From: Ginglymostoma cirratum
Lineage: Eukaryota
Direction: 5' to 3'
Length of the DNA: 63,600 bases
Assembly (NCBI GenBank): GCA_024137785.1
Contig: JAHRHZ010000118.1
Span: 1 to 63,600 of the forward strand
Within the stretch, counting starts at the first letter, position 1, and the number at the start of each line of letters is the position of its first letter. Shown piece by piece: positions 23,515-36,500 of the stretch. The notes beneath the pieces are model-generated. The model saw only the letters and a program-made list of their open reading frames with translations. It did not search any database and was not told the DNA's origin. The position numbers and the translations under genes are program-made.

Positions 23515-25750
23515 AGGAGTCATGGAGTCAAACAGTGCAGAAACAGACTCTTTGGTCGAACATGTCCATGCTGACCAAGTTTCTCAAACTAAACTAGTCC
23601 TGCTTGCTTGCATTTGGCCCGTATCCCTCTAAACCTTCCCTATCCATGGTCAAAAGTCACCCCAACACCAAGTTATAGTCCAACAGGTTTATTTGAAATC
23701 ACAAGCTTTCACAGCATTGCCCCTTGGTCAGGTGAAGTGAAGAAAGCACCCAGGCACAGACTTTATAATCAGGGATATCAAAAGATCATACAAATCGTGT
23801 GACTGGAATGTTGACAGGCCAAATAATAGGTCTCTTGCAGGTGATCAAGAGCGTCAGATGGTGTGAGTAAACTGTCTACAGCCGAATAACAAGAGAAGGG
23901 ATGACCTTTACTTCGATTAATTGAGGCAGAGAGATAATTACAGAAGATTAAAATTAATGTGGTGCTGGAGACAAACCAAATGACTGGAATAACCTGCTAG
24001 GTATTAGAGTCGCATACCAAGGGTCTAATCAAAGTAACAAGTAATCCAAAACTGTATGAACTAATTAAGGTAGTGGGATCATAACAACTCATCAAAATAA
24101 TGGTGTCAAAACAGGACAGTACAGAAGATTTTACAGGACAGCATGGTGGGGTCACATGTAGCGCAACATGAGCCCAAAATCATGGTTGAGGCCGTCATCA
24201 TGGGTACGGAACTTAGGTTTTAGTTTCTGCTCAACAATTCTGCATTGCTGTGTATCTCAAAGGCCGTGTTGGAGGACGCTTTCCCACAGATCAGAGGCTG
24301 AATGTCCTTGACCACTGAAGTGTTTCCCAACTGCGAGGGAACATTCCTGTCTGACAATTGTTACGTGGTGTCCATTCATCTGTTGTCTGAGCATCTGCAT
24401 GGTCTCGCCAATATACCATGCCTCAGGGCATCACTGCCTGCAGCGTATGAGGTAGACAATATTGGCTGAGTCACATGAGTATCTGCCATGTATGTGGTGA
24501 GTGGTATACCATCACACATGTGAACAGCACCCACCACGTACATGGTAGATACTCATGTGACTCAGCCAATGTTGCTTACCTCATATACTGTAGGCAATGA
24601 TGCCCCGAGGCATGGTATATTGACAGACCATGCAGATGCTAAGACAATGGATGAATGGACACCATGCAACAATTGCCATACAGGAATATTCCCTCGCAAT
24701 CGGGGAACACTTCAGTGGTAAAGGACATTCAGCCTCCGATCTTCGGGAAAGCGTCCTCCAACGCGGCCTTCAAGATACGCAACAACGCAGAACTGTTGAA
24801 CAGAGACTGATAGCCAAGTTTCGTACCCATGAAGATTGCCTCAACCGTGCTGTTGGGTCCATGTGGCGCTACAAGTGACCCACCATACTGTTCAGTAAAA
24901 TCTTCCTTACTGTTCTGTTTTGACACCATCACCTTGATAACTAGTTATGATCTCCCGACCTAATTAGTTTGTACAGTTTTGCATTACTTGTTACTTTGGT
25001 TAGACCCTCGGCAAGTGACTTTTATACCTAGCATATTATTCCAGTCATTTGATTTGTCTACAGCAGCATAGTAGTTTTAATTTTGTGTAATTATTTCTCT
25101 GCCTCATTTAATCGGATTATAGGCTATCCCTTTGCTTGTTATTCAGCTGTTGACACTTTATTTACACCATCTGACACTCTTGATCACCCACAATAGACCT
25201 GTTATTTGACCTGTTGATATTCCAGTCACACCATTTGTATGATCTTTTGATCTCTCTGATGTTAAGTCTGTGCCTGGGTGCTTTCTTCACTTCACCTGAC
25301 CAAGGGGCAGTACTCCGAAAGCTTGTGATTTCAAATAAACCTGTTGGACTATAACCTGATGTCATGTGACTTTTGACCTTGTCCACCCCAGTCTGACACT
25401 GGCACCTCCACATCTTTCCTATTTATGTACCTGTCCAAATGTCTTTTAAATGTTGTAACTTTACCTGCATTTACCACTTCCCCTAGCAGTTCATTCCACC
25501 TACAAACTATCCTCTGTGTGAAAATGTTACCCCTTAGGTCCCTTTTAAATCCATCTCCTCTCACCTTGAAAATATGCTCCCTAGCTTTGAACTCCCCCAT
25601 CCTATGGAAAAGACTTTTGCTATTCTCCTTATCTACGCCCCTCATGATTTTATAAACCTTTAGATCTCACCTAAACCTCCTATGCTCAAGTGTAAAATGT
25701 CTCAGCCTATCCAGACTCTCCCTATAACTCAAACCCTCCAGTACCAGCAA
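23515..25750 (-). mobile_element. CR1-like 3' fragment split by the Penelope palindrome
   Basis: 25414-25750: MRGVDK...RGNIFTQRIV..WNEL..EVV.AG...TFKRHLD; its 3' UTR continues at 23515-23648. Confidence 0.85.
23649..25413. mobile_element. 1.76-kb palindromic (inverted) Penelope-like element of a second family, nested in a CR1 3' end
   Basis: 23649-24505 is the reverse complement of ~24525-25380. Arms encode a GIY-YIG C-terminus (QTMQMLRQWMNGH...EHFS..GHS..DL...E..LI.KF.T). The interrupted CR1 continues on both sides. Confidence 0.88.
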
Positions 25751-26419
25751 CATAATATGGCATCCCAGTGTTATAGAAGGTCCTGGGAATTAGCTCCTTC
25801 ATTTGTCCTTGCAATGGCTTAAACATCCATCTTACACAGCTGGATGCCTAACTCAAACCTGGTATCAACATTCTTAAGATGACCTTGGATGCAAATGTTA
25901 ACTCCCTGAAGCTATGCTTTGTTATGTCCAAATGGAACAATATTATTTTCAGGAAAAGCTTTCAGCTATTATGACTAAATAATCCATCGATTCAATTTAT
26001 AAACCAACATTCTATATTGGTTTATGTTTGAATTCGAATGACTTTCGTAATAAATTTCTTATTTTTCCATGAGTTTGTCTCCTGAATTATGTGACTGGGG
26101 TCTTAGACAATCCTGGTCAGTTGCAATGTAGGAAATATGTCAACCAACATAGCAATGCCTGGAAAACAGCCATGCGATATTTCAATTACTGGATTATAGG
26201 ACTGGATCACTAGTGATATTACCATTATGTCACTGCCTGCCCCAAAATCTGTGAAGAAACTAATGAGCAGGAGTAGGTTATTTGGTCCATTAAGCGTGCT
26301 CTGATTGCGGCCTTAACTCCACTTCCCTCTGCCCTCCCATAACCTTCCTTTGTTGATCAAAAATCTGACCAACTCAGCTTTGAATATATCCACTGATTTC
26401 TGGATCATGGTTATAGCCA

Positions 26420-26920
26420 CAGAGTCATGCAGCACGGAAACAGACCCTTCGGTCCAACCAGTCTGTGCCCAGCATAATCCCAAACTAAACTAGTCTACCT
26501 GCCTGCTCCTGGCCCATATTCCTCCAAACATTTCCTATTCGTGTACTTATCTAAGTGTCTTTTAAATGTTGTAATTGTGCTGACATCCACCACTTCCTCA
26601 GGAAGTTCATTCCACAAGCGAACCAACCTCTCTGTAAAATATTTGCCTCTCATGTCTTTTCTAAATCTCTCTCTTCTCACCTTAAAAATGTGTCATGAAA
26701 TCCCCCATCCTAGGAAAAAGACACCTATCATTAACCCTATATATACCTCTCATAAATTTATAAACCTCTATAAGGTCACCTCTCAACCTCCTATATTTCA
26801 GTGAAAAACGTCCCAGCCTATCGAGACTTTCTTTATAACTCAAACCTTCCAAACCTGGCCACAACCAGGTAAATCCTCTAGCTTAATAATAACCTTCCTT
26901 CAATTGGGTAACCAGAGCTG
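26420..26920 (-). mobile_element. CR1-like LINE 3' fragment
   Basis: LEGLSYKESLDRLG.FSL..RRLRGDLIEVYK; WNELPEEVV...TFKRHLDKY. Confidence 0.88.
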
Positions 26921-28578
26921 AGGAATAGAATTCCATAGACCAATGACCTCATTAGAGAAGGAATTCTCTTTCATCTCTATCCTGAATTGGATTCTTTATT
27001 TTGAACCTGTGACCCTAATTCTAGATTCCCACATGAGTGGAAATATCCTTCTCAGCACCTACCCTGTCACATCCCCTCAGAATGTTATATGCTTCAATAG
27101 GATCGCCTCTCTTGCTCAAACTAAGGCCCTGTCTGCTTTTTCCCTAAGTGGATGTAAGATTGCTTGTTGCTATTCAAGAACAGGAATGTTTTTCCAAGTG
27201 TTCTGGCCAATATTTATCATGCAATTAAAATCAATAAAAGCAGAGTGTCTTCTGTCTTCATGTATAAGGATCAGGGTATGGACTTCTTTTATCCACTTCT
27301 GGGCAAAGTCATGCAGTGGTTTGCCATTTCCTGTGTAATGGTTGACCACGAGATTCACCCATCTTACAGCCTGCTTTCAGTTTTACTTAGAAGGATTTAC
27401 TGGCTTAAAATCAGCCTGTTTTGAAATCACCTTCTGTGGTCAATGTGTTCTAGTATTCCACTCAATTCTGGAGTTTCTGACTAAGTGGTAGGGATGCTAC
27501 CCACTGTTCTGCAAGACCTATAAAGACAGATTATCCATAATATCACTGTTTTTTGTGGAATCTTGCTGTGCATAAATTGGGTGCTGTGTTTCCTACATTA
27601 CGATAGTAAATTCAGTTCAAAATGTACTTCATTGGCTGTTAAGCAATTTTGTATGTTCTCAGGCTCCGAAGTCATGAATATTGCAGTAGAGTCCTTTAAC
27701 TGTGGCTTCAAAAGCAGGCCACATAAACACCCAAATGTCACAACTACGCTCCCAGGCCTAAGCCAAATACGAGCAGAGCCACAAGCTGTCTGTAAATGGC
27801 AGTACTCCTGGCAATGTTTATAAAATTTACTTTTTAAAGATCATTAAATATCGAATAGCTCAGCTCCGTCTGCAGATCAGCTGGTTAGGAGATGACTACT
27901 GAGTTATGTAGTTCATAAAAATTGCCTTTTCGAACTTCCTATGTTAGCCTACCTTAGACAGGGATTAGTAGAGGGTGTCATTATTGCCTTTAGTTATTTT
28001 TCCCAAGGAAAGGAAAGTTGTCAGAGTTCCCACTCCTGTTTTGATAACCATTACCATTTGTTGCATTTGGACACCACATGGGGACATGACCTGTGATGTC
28101 TCTACTGGTTGAGATGGTTGCAGAATGATCAGCCTTGCACAGTAAGAATTGTATAGAAATCACAGTACAGGAACCGGCCATTCAACCCAACAGATCTACT
28201 CTAGTGTTTTTGCTCCACGAGTTCCCTCACATCCTGTTTCATCTCATTCTATCAATATGTCTTTCTGTTCTTTCTCTGTTGTGTGTTTAGCTAGGTGTTC
28301 CCTTAAATGCATCTCTAAAATCACCTGAAGCAGTCCATGAAGTAGCAATTCCTATATTCTCAGTTTTCTTTGGGTACAGAAGTTTCACTAGAATTCCTTC
28401 TTAGACTTGTTAGTGAATATCTTATATTTAAGAGCCATGAATGATTACTTAGATGAGGCAGTGGATTTTGTCAAAACTCTTTAGAATTGTATCCCAATAG
28501 AAGTCAACATACCTGGTGAAAGTGATAATGTAAATAAGAACAGAGGGGAATGAAACACAGAACAAGACATTTTATTAC

Positions 28579-29367
28579 CTGACAGGGGAGGCCCAAGGAG
28601 TCCGCCAATACTTAGGAGCATCAGAAAGAGCCCAGTTGCATTGAGAATCCGTCCAATTCCTACGATTTCTGGGAGGGTGGAGAAGAAGAGTGGGGCAAGG
28701 CCTCCAGAACAGAAGCCATAAAAAAAACTGAGCCCTACTAGACTATAGTACGTGCTCCCAACAGGAATGAGGAGAAGGCTGATTCCAGTGAGAATACTCC
28801 AAAGGAATAACATGTGGATTTTTCGGATCAGCTTGAGATCTGCCAGCCAACCAGAAAATAGCCGTGCAACAGTCTCAGAGATGGCAGTGACAGACAACAG
28901 GAAGGCAGCCTCATAATCACTCAATCCAAGATTCTTTCCATGGGCCACCAGATGGATATAGGGGACAAAGTATCCTGTGGTCATCAGGGTTACTGCAAAA
29001 CTGTACACCATAAAGCCTCGGTGCAGGAAAAGGGTCAAATCAAAGGCAGACGTCACTTTGTCGCAACACTCGGTACTTTTCTTCACATTTTCAGGATGTC
29101 CCCTTGATTCAACAAGAAGGTCCTCTTGGATGGTGATGGGTCTAAGCAGGGCTGCACAGACACAGAGGTTCAACATCATTGCAGATAGGATCTGGATAGC
29201 CCCACGCCATCCATACCTATTGATCAGGAGCTGAAACAGTGGAGAGAAAAAGAACGAGGCAACTCCCACTCCTGTGAACGCTAAACCGGTCGCCAAGGCT
29301 CTACGCCTCTTGAAGTATCTGGAGATCATGGCCATTGTGGGGGTGAAGACCAAAGCCCAACCAAAAC
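28579..29367 (-). CDS. SLC16A11: SLC16A11/13-like coding exon 3 (789 bp)
   Basis: tgtccag|GT TTT GGT TGG ... YFKRRRALATG...WRGAI...GYFVPYIH...NATGLFLMLLSIGGLLGPPLS, donor TCAG|gtaata. ATGLxxMLxS resembles SLC16A11 more than SLC16A13. Confidence 0.82.
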
Positions 29368-30195
29368 CTGGACAGCAAAGCAAGACACAATGAAGCATGT
29401 TCTCTCGATTAGAGTGTAGCCATTACATAGTCACCAAGATCTCAAAACTTGAATTCCTCACCTCCCACTGTCTTCCCTTTGTCATTCAGGCATTTAAAAC
29501 CAAAGCTTGGCGTGATGTCATCACTGCTTTTCAAACTATACCAACTTCTTTTCTCACTCTTTCAAATGTGAATTGAATAAATATTTTAAGAAGAAATGAA
29601 TTGAATGGCTTGGGGTAAAGAGTAACTGACTAGGACTAATTCAATAGCTAGCAAAGAACTAGTACAAGCGTAATAGGTCTTATAGCTTCCTGGGCTAAGA
29701 TTCTACGATGAGATGTCATGTGATGAAAAGTCATGTGACCTCCAGAAATCTTTCCAATTAGAGTTAGTAAAGTAGTGGAACTGTACAAGAAACTTATCAT
29801 TCATGGTGAATGGACATTTGATGGATACAGGGTTGTGTTTGGCTATGATGGTCTTCCAAGTGGGTTAGCCAGGCAATATTCAATATCAAAGCTCTGTATG
29901 CAAAATGGCCATTTGGGCAAAAAAAATTGGAGGACAGCCACTGCCTGTGGAATCCATTTCCAGGTGAGAGAGTCACATTTTTAAGGAGGAAATAATTGGA
30001 GAGAGACAGATAATCACATATCCAGGATGGACAATACATATTGCAGCTCTCACACATTTCTCCTTGTTTGAATATAACCCATCATGAATGTTGAGGGTTT
30101 GTGCAACTGCAGAGTTAACAGAGAGTTAAGAGAACAGAAATAAACTCAGATAAAGAAATCTGACAAAGGGCTTACATTAAACACATTGTGCTGAC

Positions 30196-30339
30196 CTGTC
30201 AGAAGTCCAATGGAGAGGTACATGTGCAGAAGGTTCTGTCCAAATGAAGCTGTAAACATTCCCAGGAAAGCTAAAATTGCACCAACCATCACCACAGGGC
30301 GAGCTCCATAGTGCATCCCAAATACACTCCCCACTGGAC
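30196..30339 (-). CDS. SLC16A11: SLC16A11/13-like coding exon 2 (144 bp)
   Basis: tttacag|GT CCA GTG ... SPVGSVFGMHYGARPVVMVG...MYLSIGLLT, donor ACAG|gtcagc; phases match both neighbours. Confidence 0.82.
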
Positions 30340-31052
30340 CTGTAAATTGAAACAAAATGGGAAATTCGGTCTGTATCTTTAAAAACTATAGACAGGCACA
30401 AAACAATAAATAAGGCTAACGGATATGAGGTCTTGTAGTGTAGCCTCTAAGCCAGAGGCTCAGGTTTCGTGTCCCTGTCCGGCAGCTGACGACCAAAGAA
30501 TGTAACTGTCAAATCCCACATCCTTCCAACAAATGCTTATGGCAGGCAGTAAGAAGATAAAAATTTCACAGTCAATCATATGATGGAATGGAAATTGAAG
30601 TTTCTGCCATCACTATCCATGCTCCAGACTATTCATGAATCTAAAAGTATATGTTGCCACAGGACTACTTGGCTGCAAAGTTGTTGTGGATGAGATTGGT
30701 GCCAATAGAATGAGGTTTGATCACTATTTTACTGGGCTGATTATGGAATCTGCTGCCTTGACCTAGCACTGGTGGATGTTTTGATGCTGTAGGTCAGACC
30801 TTCCTTTGGGCAGAGAACTCAAGAAGAGCAAAAGGGCTAACAGTTTGTTAGCACTCAATTCAGGGAGGTTTGAAATTTTTGTTACAGCCCTGTGACCACA
30901 GTTTTTGTTTTAATCTTTCATGGTATGTGAGTGCTGCTGGTAAGGCCAACATTTGTTGTCCATCCCTCATTGCCCTTGAATTGATGAGTTACCTAGGCCC
31001 TTTCAGAGGGCAGACAAAAGTTAACTACATTTCTGTGGATCTGGAGTCATAT

Positions 31053-31890
31053 GCAGCCCCACCACACCCGGCACATTTCCCTGCAACCGCAGGAAGTGCT
31101 ACACCTGCCCCACACCTCCCCCCTCACCCCCATCCCAGGCCCCAAGAAGACTTTCCACATCAAGCAAATGTTCACCTGCACATCTGCTAATGTGGTATAC
31201 TGTATCCGCTGTTCCCATTGTGGCCTCCTCTACATCGGGGAAACCAAGCGGAGGCTTGGGGACCACTTTGTGGAACACCTAAGCTCGGTTCGCACTAAAC
31301 AACTGCATCGCCTAGTCGCGAACCATTTCAACTACCCCTCCCATTCCTCAGACGACATGTCCATCCTGGGCCTCCTGCAGTGCCACAATGATGCCACCCG
31401 AAGGTTGCAGGAACAGCACCTCATATTTCGCTTGGGAACCCTGCAGCCCAATGGTATCAATGTGGACTTCACAAGCTTCAATATCTCCCTTCCCCCAACC
31501 GCATCCCAAAACCAGCCCAGCTTGTCCCTGCCTCCCTAACCTGTCCTTCCTCCTACCTATCCCCTCCTCCCATCTCAAGCCCCAACCGCATCTCCAACCT
31601 ACTAGCCTCATTCCGCCCCCTTGACCTGTCCGTCCTCCCTGGACTGACCTATCCCCTCCTTAACTCCCCACCTACACTCATCTTTACCGGCTCCATCCCC
31701 GCCTCTTTGACCTGTCTGTCTCCTCTCCACCTATCTTCTCCTTTATCCATCTTCTATCCACCTCCCCCTCTCTCCCTATTTATTTCAGAACCCCCTTCTC
31801 CTCCCCCATTTCTGAAGAAGGGTCTAGGCCTGAAACATCAGCTTTCCTGCTCGGCCTGCTGTGTTCATCCAGCTCTACACCTTGTTATCT
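31053..31890 (+). mobile_element. Penelope-like element 3' part (GIY-YIG + terminal repeat)
   Basis: ORF 31051-31539: CTSANVVYCIRCSHCGLLYIGETKRRL...EQHLIFRLGTLQPNGIN; same family as 15640-17205. Confidence 0.92.
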
Positions 31891-32708
31891 CGTATGCAGG
31901 CTAGACTGTGTAAGAATGGCGGGTTTACTTAAAGAACATTAGTGAATAGGATAGATTTTTATGACTATCAGCAATACATGCTCACCATGATACTTTTTTT
32001 AAAATTCCAGATTTTATTGAATTCAACTTGGATAGTTTGCCATGGTGAGCATTGACCTGGGGCTCTTTATCACTATTACGCCAGTACTTCCTCTCCTCTG
32101 GAGCACTGCATTCAGTTCTGCGCATCACTGCATTATTCTTGAAGAGGGGATGCAGTGCAGAATCACCACAATAATATTGGGCTAAAAGCATTGAGTTATG
32201 AAGACTTTGTTGCGTAGTGTTGCCTTGACTGTAGAAATTTAAGGATGATCCAATTGTGGTAAGGTGATTGAAAGATTTGATTGGATTGATAGAAATGATT
32301 TTGACTAGTGGTAATAGTCCTGGACAAGTAAGTGGAGGCTTAAATCAAAGTCAGGCTGCTCAGGGATGATGTCAAGAAGCACTTTTTCACATAAAGACTA
32401 ATTTCCCCTCAAAAATCTGTTGAGGTCAATTGAAAATGTTGAAACTGAGATTAATAACTTATTTTTGTTCAGTAAAGGCATTAAAGCATAAGGAACTAAG
32501 TTGGGTAAATACATTTAAGAAACATATCAGCCACGATCTAATTTAACGTTAGAATAGATTTGAGAAGTTAAATAGCCTCCTTCAATTCATGAGTATCCCT
32601 CCAGAAAACAGTAATTGGGCTATTTGACCTCACCAGGTCTGTTGAGGAGAGATGTTCTTTTAAAAGGATGTAAATTTGAAGAGCAAGAAAAGAGGAACCA
32701 GGACTAAC

Positions 32709-32913
32709 TTGCAAACTGTTGCGTTGCCATAGCGATGGAAGTAATCCACGAGACACGACTAGATGACTCCTGGAAGTATTGGGTGAAATGAATGAAGAAT
32801 ACTCCAAAGGATCGTGTGACACCAACCAACAGACAATTATTCAAGAAGCCAGCCAAAACGATCATCCACCCCCAACCCCCATCTGGAGATTCACTGATGG
32901 CTGGCTTGGCCAT
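32709..32913 (-). CDS. SLC16A11: SLC16A11/13-like transporter, coding exon 1 (205 bp)
   Basis: MAKPAISESPDGGWGWMIV...RSFGVFF...VSWITSI...QQFA; donor GCAA|gttagt. An acceptor (tctccacag) 18 nt upstream of the ATG implies an upstream non-coding exon. The A11 versus A13 label is inferred. Confidence 0.8.
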
Positions 32914-33737
32914 TGCAGGCTATGATGGGACCTGTGGAGACAACACAATACTGAGTAGATCAGCAGGGAGACCCAATCCTCTCCCTGACCCTTGGCCATC
33001 AAACACTGACCAGCAAAACTATCTTAATATTTTCCTCTTACAGGCTTCAAACATGTCCAGATAGTTTCTGGGTTGGGTGCACTTTCTTTGCTGATGTGTG
33101 AGGCTAATGGGTTGTGATAATGGATTGTGGGGCCCCTCCCAAATCTTTACTTAATTAACTACAGGTGTGGCTAAAATTATCCTGAATTGACTTGGGCTGG
33201 AGATGGGGAAATAAATCAGCCTGTGTTCCTGCATCTGAGCATGGTCAAGCTAGCTTGACTGAAAAGCATTTGTGAGTGATGATGTTGATTGAGGATAAAA
33301 TTTAACACTGCCATGATCCACCCCTGCTGTTACATAGTCGACATCTGATCTCAGACAAACCTACCACCAGATTTCTGAATATGCTCCCAGCATATGACAT
33401 TCCAGAGCTGGAAGGGCAATTATTTCTGATGCCTTTTGACCCTGCGCTGCAGTTGAAGTGAGAGACAGGGTTTAATGTGAGTCATGGCTGCACTTCTGTG
33501 GGGCATTTCTTGTTGAATTGATGATTCTGGTATGGAGGCCTGCTTTTAGGAGAGGTCTCTGAGCGTGAATCTGGTGGTCAGGGGGCTGAGGTCAGAGAGG
33601 GGTCTCAAAGTGAGTTTGCTTCTGTTAGGATGAGAAATACTTCAGTGTTCTATGCACTCTCTCTCTTCCCTTCTACGTGTTGAAGTTCTGACTTCCCCTT
33701 GATGCTTTCTCTCAGCCTTCACCTGTTCCCACAATTG

Positions 33738-34080
33738 GGAGGTGATGGCCTAGTATTATTTGCTGGACTGTTAATCCAGAGACCCAGCTAATGTTCAGGG
33801 GACCTGGGTTTGAATCCCACCATGGTGGAATTTGAATTTAGTAATTTAAAAAATCTAGAATTAAGAGTTTAATGATGACCATGAATCCATTGTTGGAAAA
33901 TCTCATCTGATTTCCTCATGTTGTTCAGGGAAGGAAAGTGCCTCTGTACCTGGTCTGGCCTATTTGTGACTCCAGGTCCACAGCAATGTGCTTGATTCTT
34001 AACTGTCCTCTGGGCAATTAGGGATGGACAATAAATGCTGACCTCATCAGAGATGCCCACATCCCATAAGTGAATAAAAA
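33738..34080 (+). mobile_element. tRNA-derived SINE with LINE-like tail (related pieces ~51112-51275, ~30895-31050, and LINE 3' end ~46345-46645)
   Basis: A-box/B-box-like tggcctagt...gggtttgaatccc; 3' tail ggcaataaatgctg...cccacatcccat.a.tgaataaaaa shared with 46590-46645. Confidence 0.65.
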
Positions 34081-35449
34081 GAAATCCACATGATTAGTGT
34101 TCTGTCATACACATTTTCCAGACTTTTTCTACATTTTGTTTCATTTTTGCCACAGCCCTGTCCCATGCTCTTCAGACTTCTTAATTTAAGATTTGAAACA
34201 ATTTCTCCAGCGTCCCCTTCCCCCAGCACTGGAATGAAGATTTGACAGATATGCTCTGTTACGCAAGCTAGGAGGGATTAATCTTTTCTCTCTTACGTGT
34301 GAAATGGCCTACTCTGAATTGCCACCATTTTACATTTTTAATCCTGTTTGGCAATTTTGTTTTGTACAGAAGGTGAGGTTACTAAGCAGCTTTTCTATGT
34401 TTTGTGAATAAGACTTGTAGTGCTCAAAAGACTTTTGAAATCTTGGAACATCTCTAAGGTGGTTTAAACTCGAAATACTTTTTTTGAAGAGTTGTCACTG
34501 CTGCAATGTTGGAAATGTAGTAGCTAATTTGTGCACAGCAGACTCTTATAAATACGATCAAAGAGCGCACCATCTGTTTTTAGTAATGTCGATTGAGGAA
34601 TAAATATGGGCCAGGACACTAGCGGGTGGATAATTCGGCTGCTGTTCTGCAAATTGTACCATGCCCTATTTTTCATGACTGATTTGAGAGGCAGACAGGG
34701 TTGTAATTTATCCCCTTCATTTGAAAGACAGTGCAGTATTTCTTCAGGACTAAATGCTCAAGTCTGTGGAATGAAGCTTGAACCCCAAACTTTTGGCTTA
34801 AGGTGAAAAAATGCCACGCACTGATTCACTGCTTACGTGGTTAATTGCTAAATGTCCTTGGAGATTAAGAAGAGCCTCTGTCATTACCTGAGACATTGGA
34901 AGGACTATGACTGAAAAACTATCCGATTTCTTGCTCTAAACAAGGTTACACCCTTAACACCTGTACCTATTTAAAGTGTTTGCAATTATTTAAGAATCTT
35001 ATTAAACCAGCAATTCCAGTTAACCTGTTGTAACAACTTACCGATTGTAGTAAGGGAGTTGTGAGGGGAGGAATGGCGAACAGACAGATATTGTCAGCAC
35101 AAGAATTTTGGTCGACAGATGAGAGGGTACTATCCCTGGGAGCAGCAGAGTTAGCGAACAACAAGTGGTGAAAAAATTAGGCTGGTTAAAGAATAACCAC
35201 AGTAAGGTTAGAGTTAGGGATAGTGTACAAATCACTTCCAATACTAGTGAATGAACAAATGAAAAGTAAAGGGATTAGCATTTTGATGGATCAATTCCTC
35301 AACCCTTCATTCAATTGTGAACCCCAGTTTCTTTCTTCCAACTGTAATGCAGAAGGTCGTAGTGAACTGCCATTGTAAACTACTGCAGTCCTTTTGGTGC
35401 AGGTACACCCAGGCTGCTGTAATGAAGAGAGAACAAAGGAATGACACGC

Positions 35450-36165
35450 TTGCCGTCATTGCTCAACAGGTGAATATCAGGGTTGGGAAGTCATGTTGCA
35501 GTTGTACAGGACGTTGGTGAGGCCACTTTTGGAGTATTATGTACAGTTCTGCTCACCCGGAGACAGGAGGGATATTATTAAATTGGAGAGGTTGCAGGAA
35601 AGATTTACAAGGATGTTACTGGGAGGGTTTGAGTTATAAAAAAAAAGGCTGGATAAGCTGGAACTATTTTACTAGAATGTTGGAGGTTGAAGGGTGACCC
35701 TATAGAGGTTTATAAAATCATGAGGGGCATAGATAAGGTGAACAGCAAAGATATTTTCCTCAAGGTAGGTGAGTTAAAAATTAGATGGCATAATTTTAAG
35801 GTGAGAGGAGAAAGATTTAAAAGGGACTTGAGGGGCAACCTTTTCCAACAGAAGGTGGTTCATTTGTGGAACGTACTGCCAGAGGCAATGGTAGATGCAG
35901 GTACAGTGACAACATTTAAAAAACATTGGACAGGTACATGAATAGGGAAGTTTTAGAGGGATATCGGCCAAACACGGGCAAATTGAACTAATTTAGTTTG
36001 AGAAACTTGGTCAGTATGTACACGCTGGACCAAAGAGTCTGTTTCTGCACTGTATGACTCCATGACTCCCTTTCATGGAGGTGTTCCTCCAGTGGTTGGC
36101 ATATATGAGTTGGACTGAAGGGTCTGTCTCTGTGCTGTATGACTCTATGAATGACTATATAATTC
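35450..36165 (+). mobile_element. CR1-like LINE 3' fragment with duplicated 3' end
   Basis: LYRTLVRPLLEY...GDPIEVYKIMRG...WNVLPE...TFKKH; two successive 3' UTR tails. Confidence 0.88.
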
Positions 36166-36289
36166 CAAATCAGGGTGGTTTGTGATTTGGAGAGGAACTT
36201 TCAGGTAGCAAATGTTCCCAATTTTGGGATGACCTCTTTTGAATAAGTTTTGGACATGCGGCCCAGGAAACCTGTTCAAGGGAGAGGGT

Positions 36290-36500
36290 CAACTGGGTGA
36301 GGTACCAGAAGGGTCAGTGAGATATTGAGGGTTAGTGAGGTAACAGAGGATGAGAGTGAATGTTCAGTATGAGATATCAGAGACTGGTTCTGCTATCAGA
36401 GGATAGGTGATATGTCAGGTGAATGAGGTATCAGAGGGTGGGTGTGGTTGGGTGAAAGCATGAGAGGGTGGGTGAGGTATTGGAGGGCAGGCGAGGTAAC
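36290..36500 (+). repeat. Degenerate minisatellite (ggtgaggtatcagag-like)
   Basis: Repeated gtgag(g/a)ta(t/a)cagag units. Confidence 0.6.
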
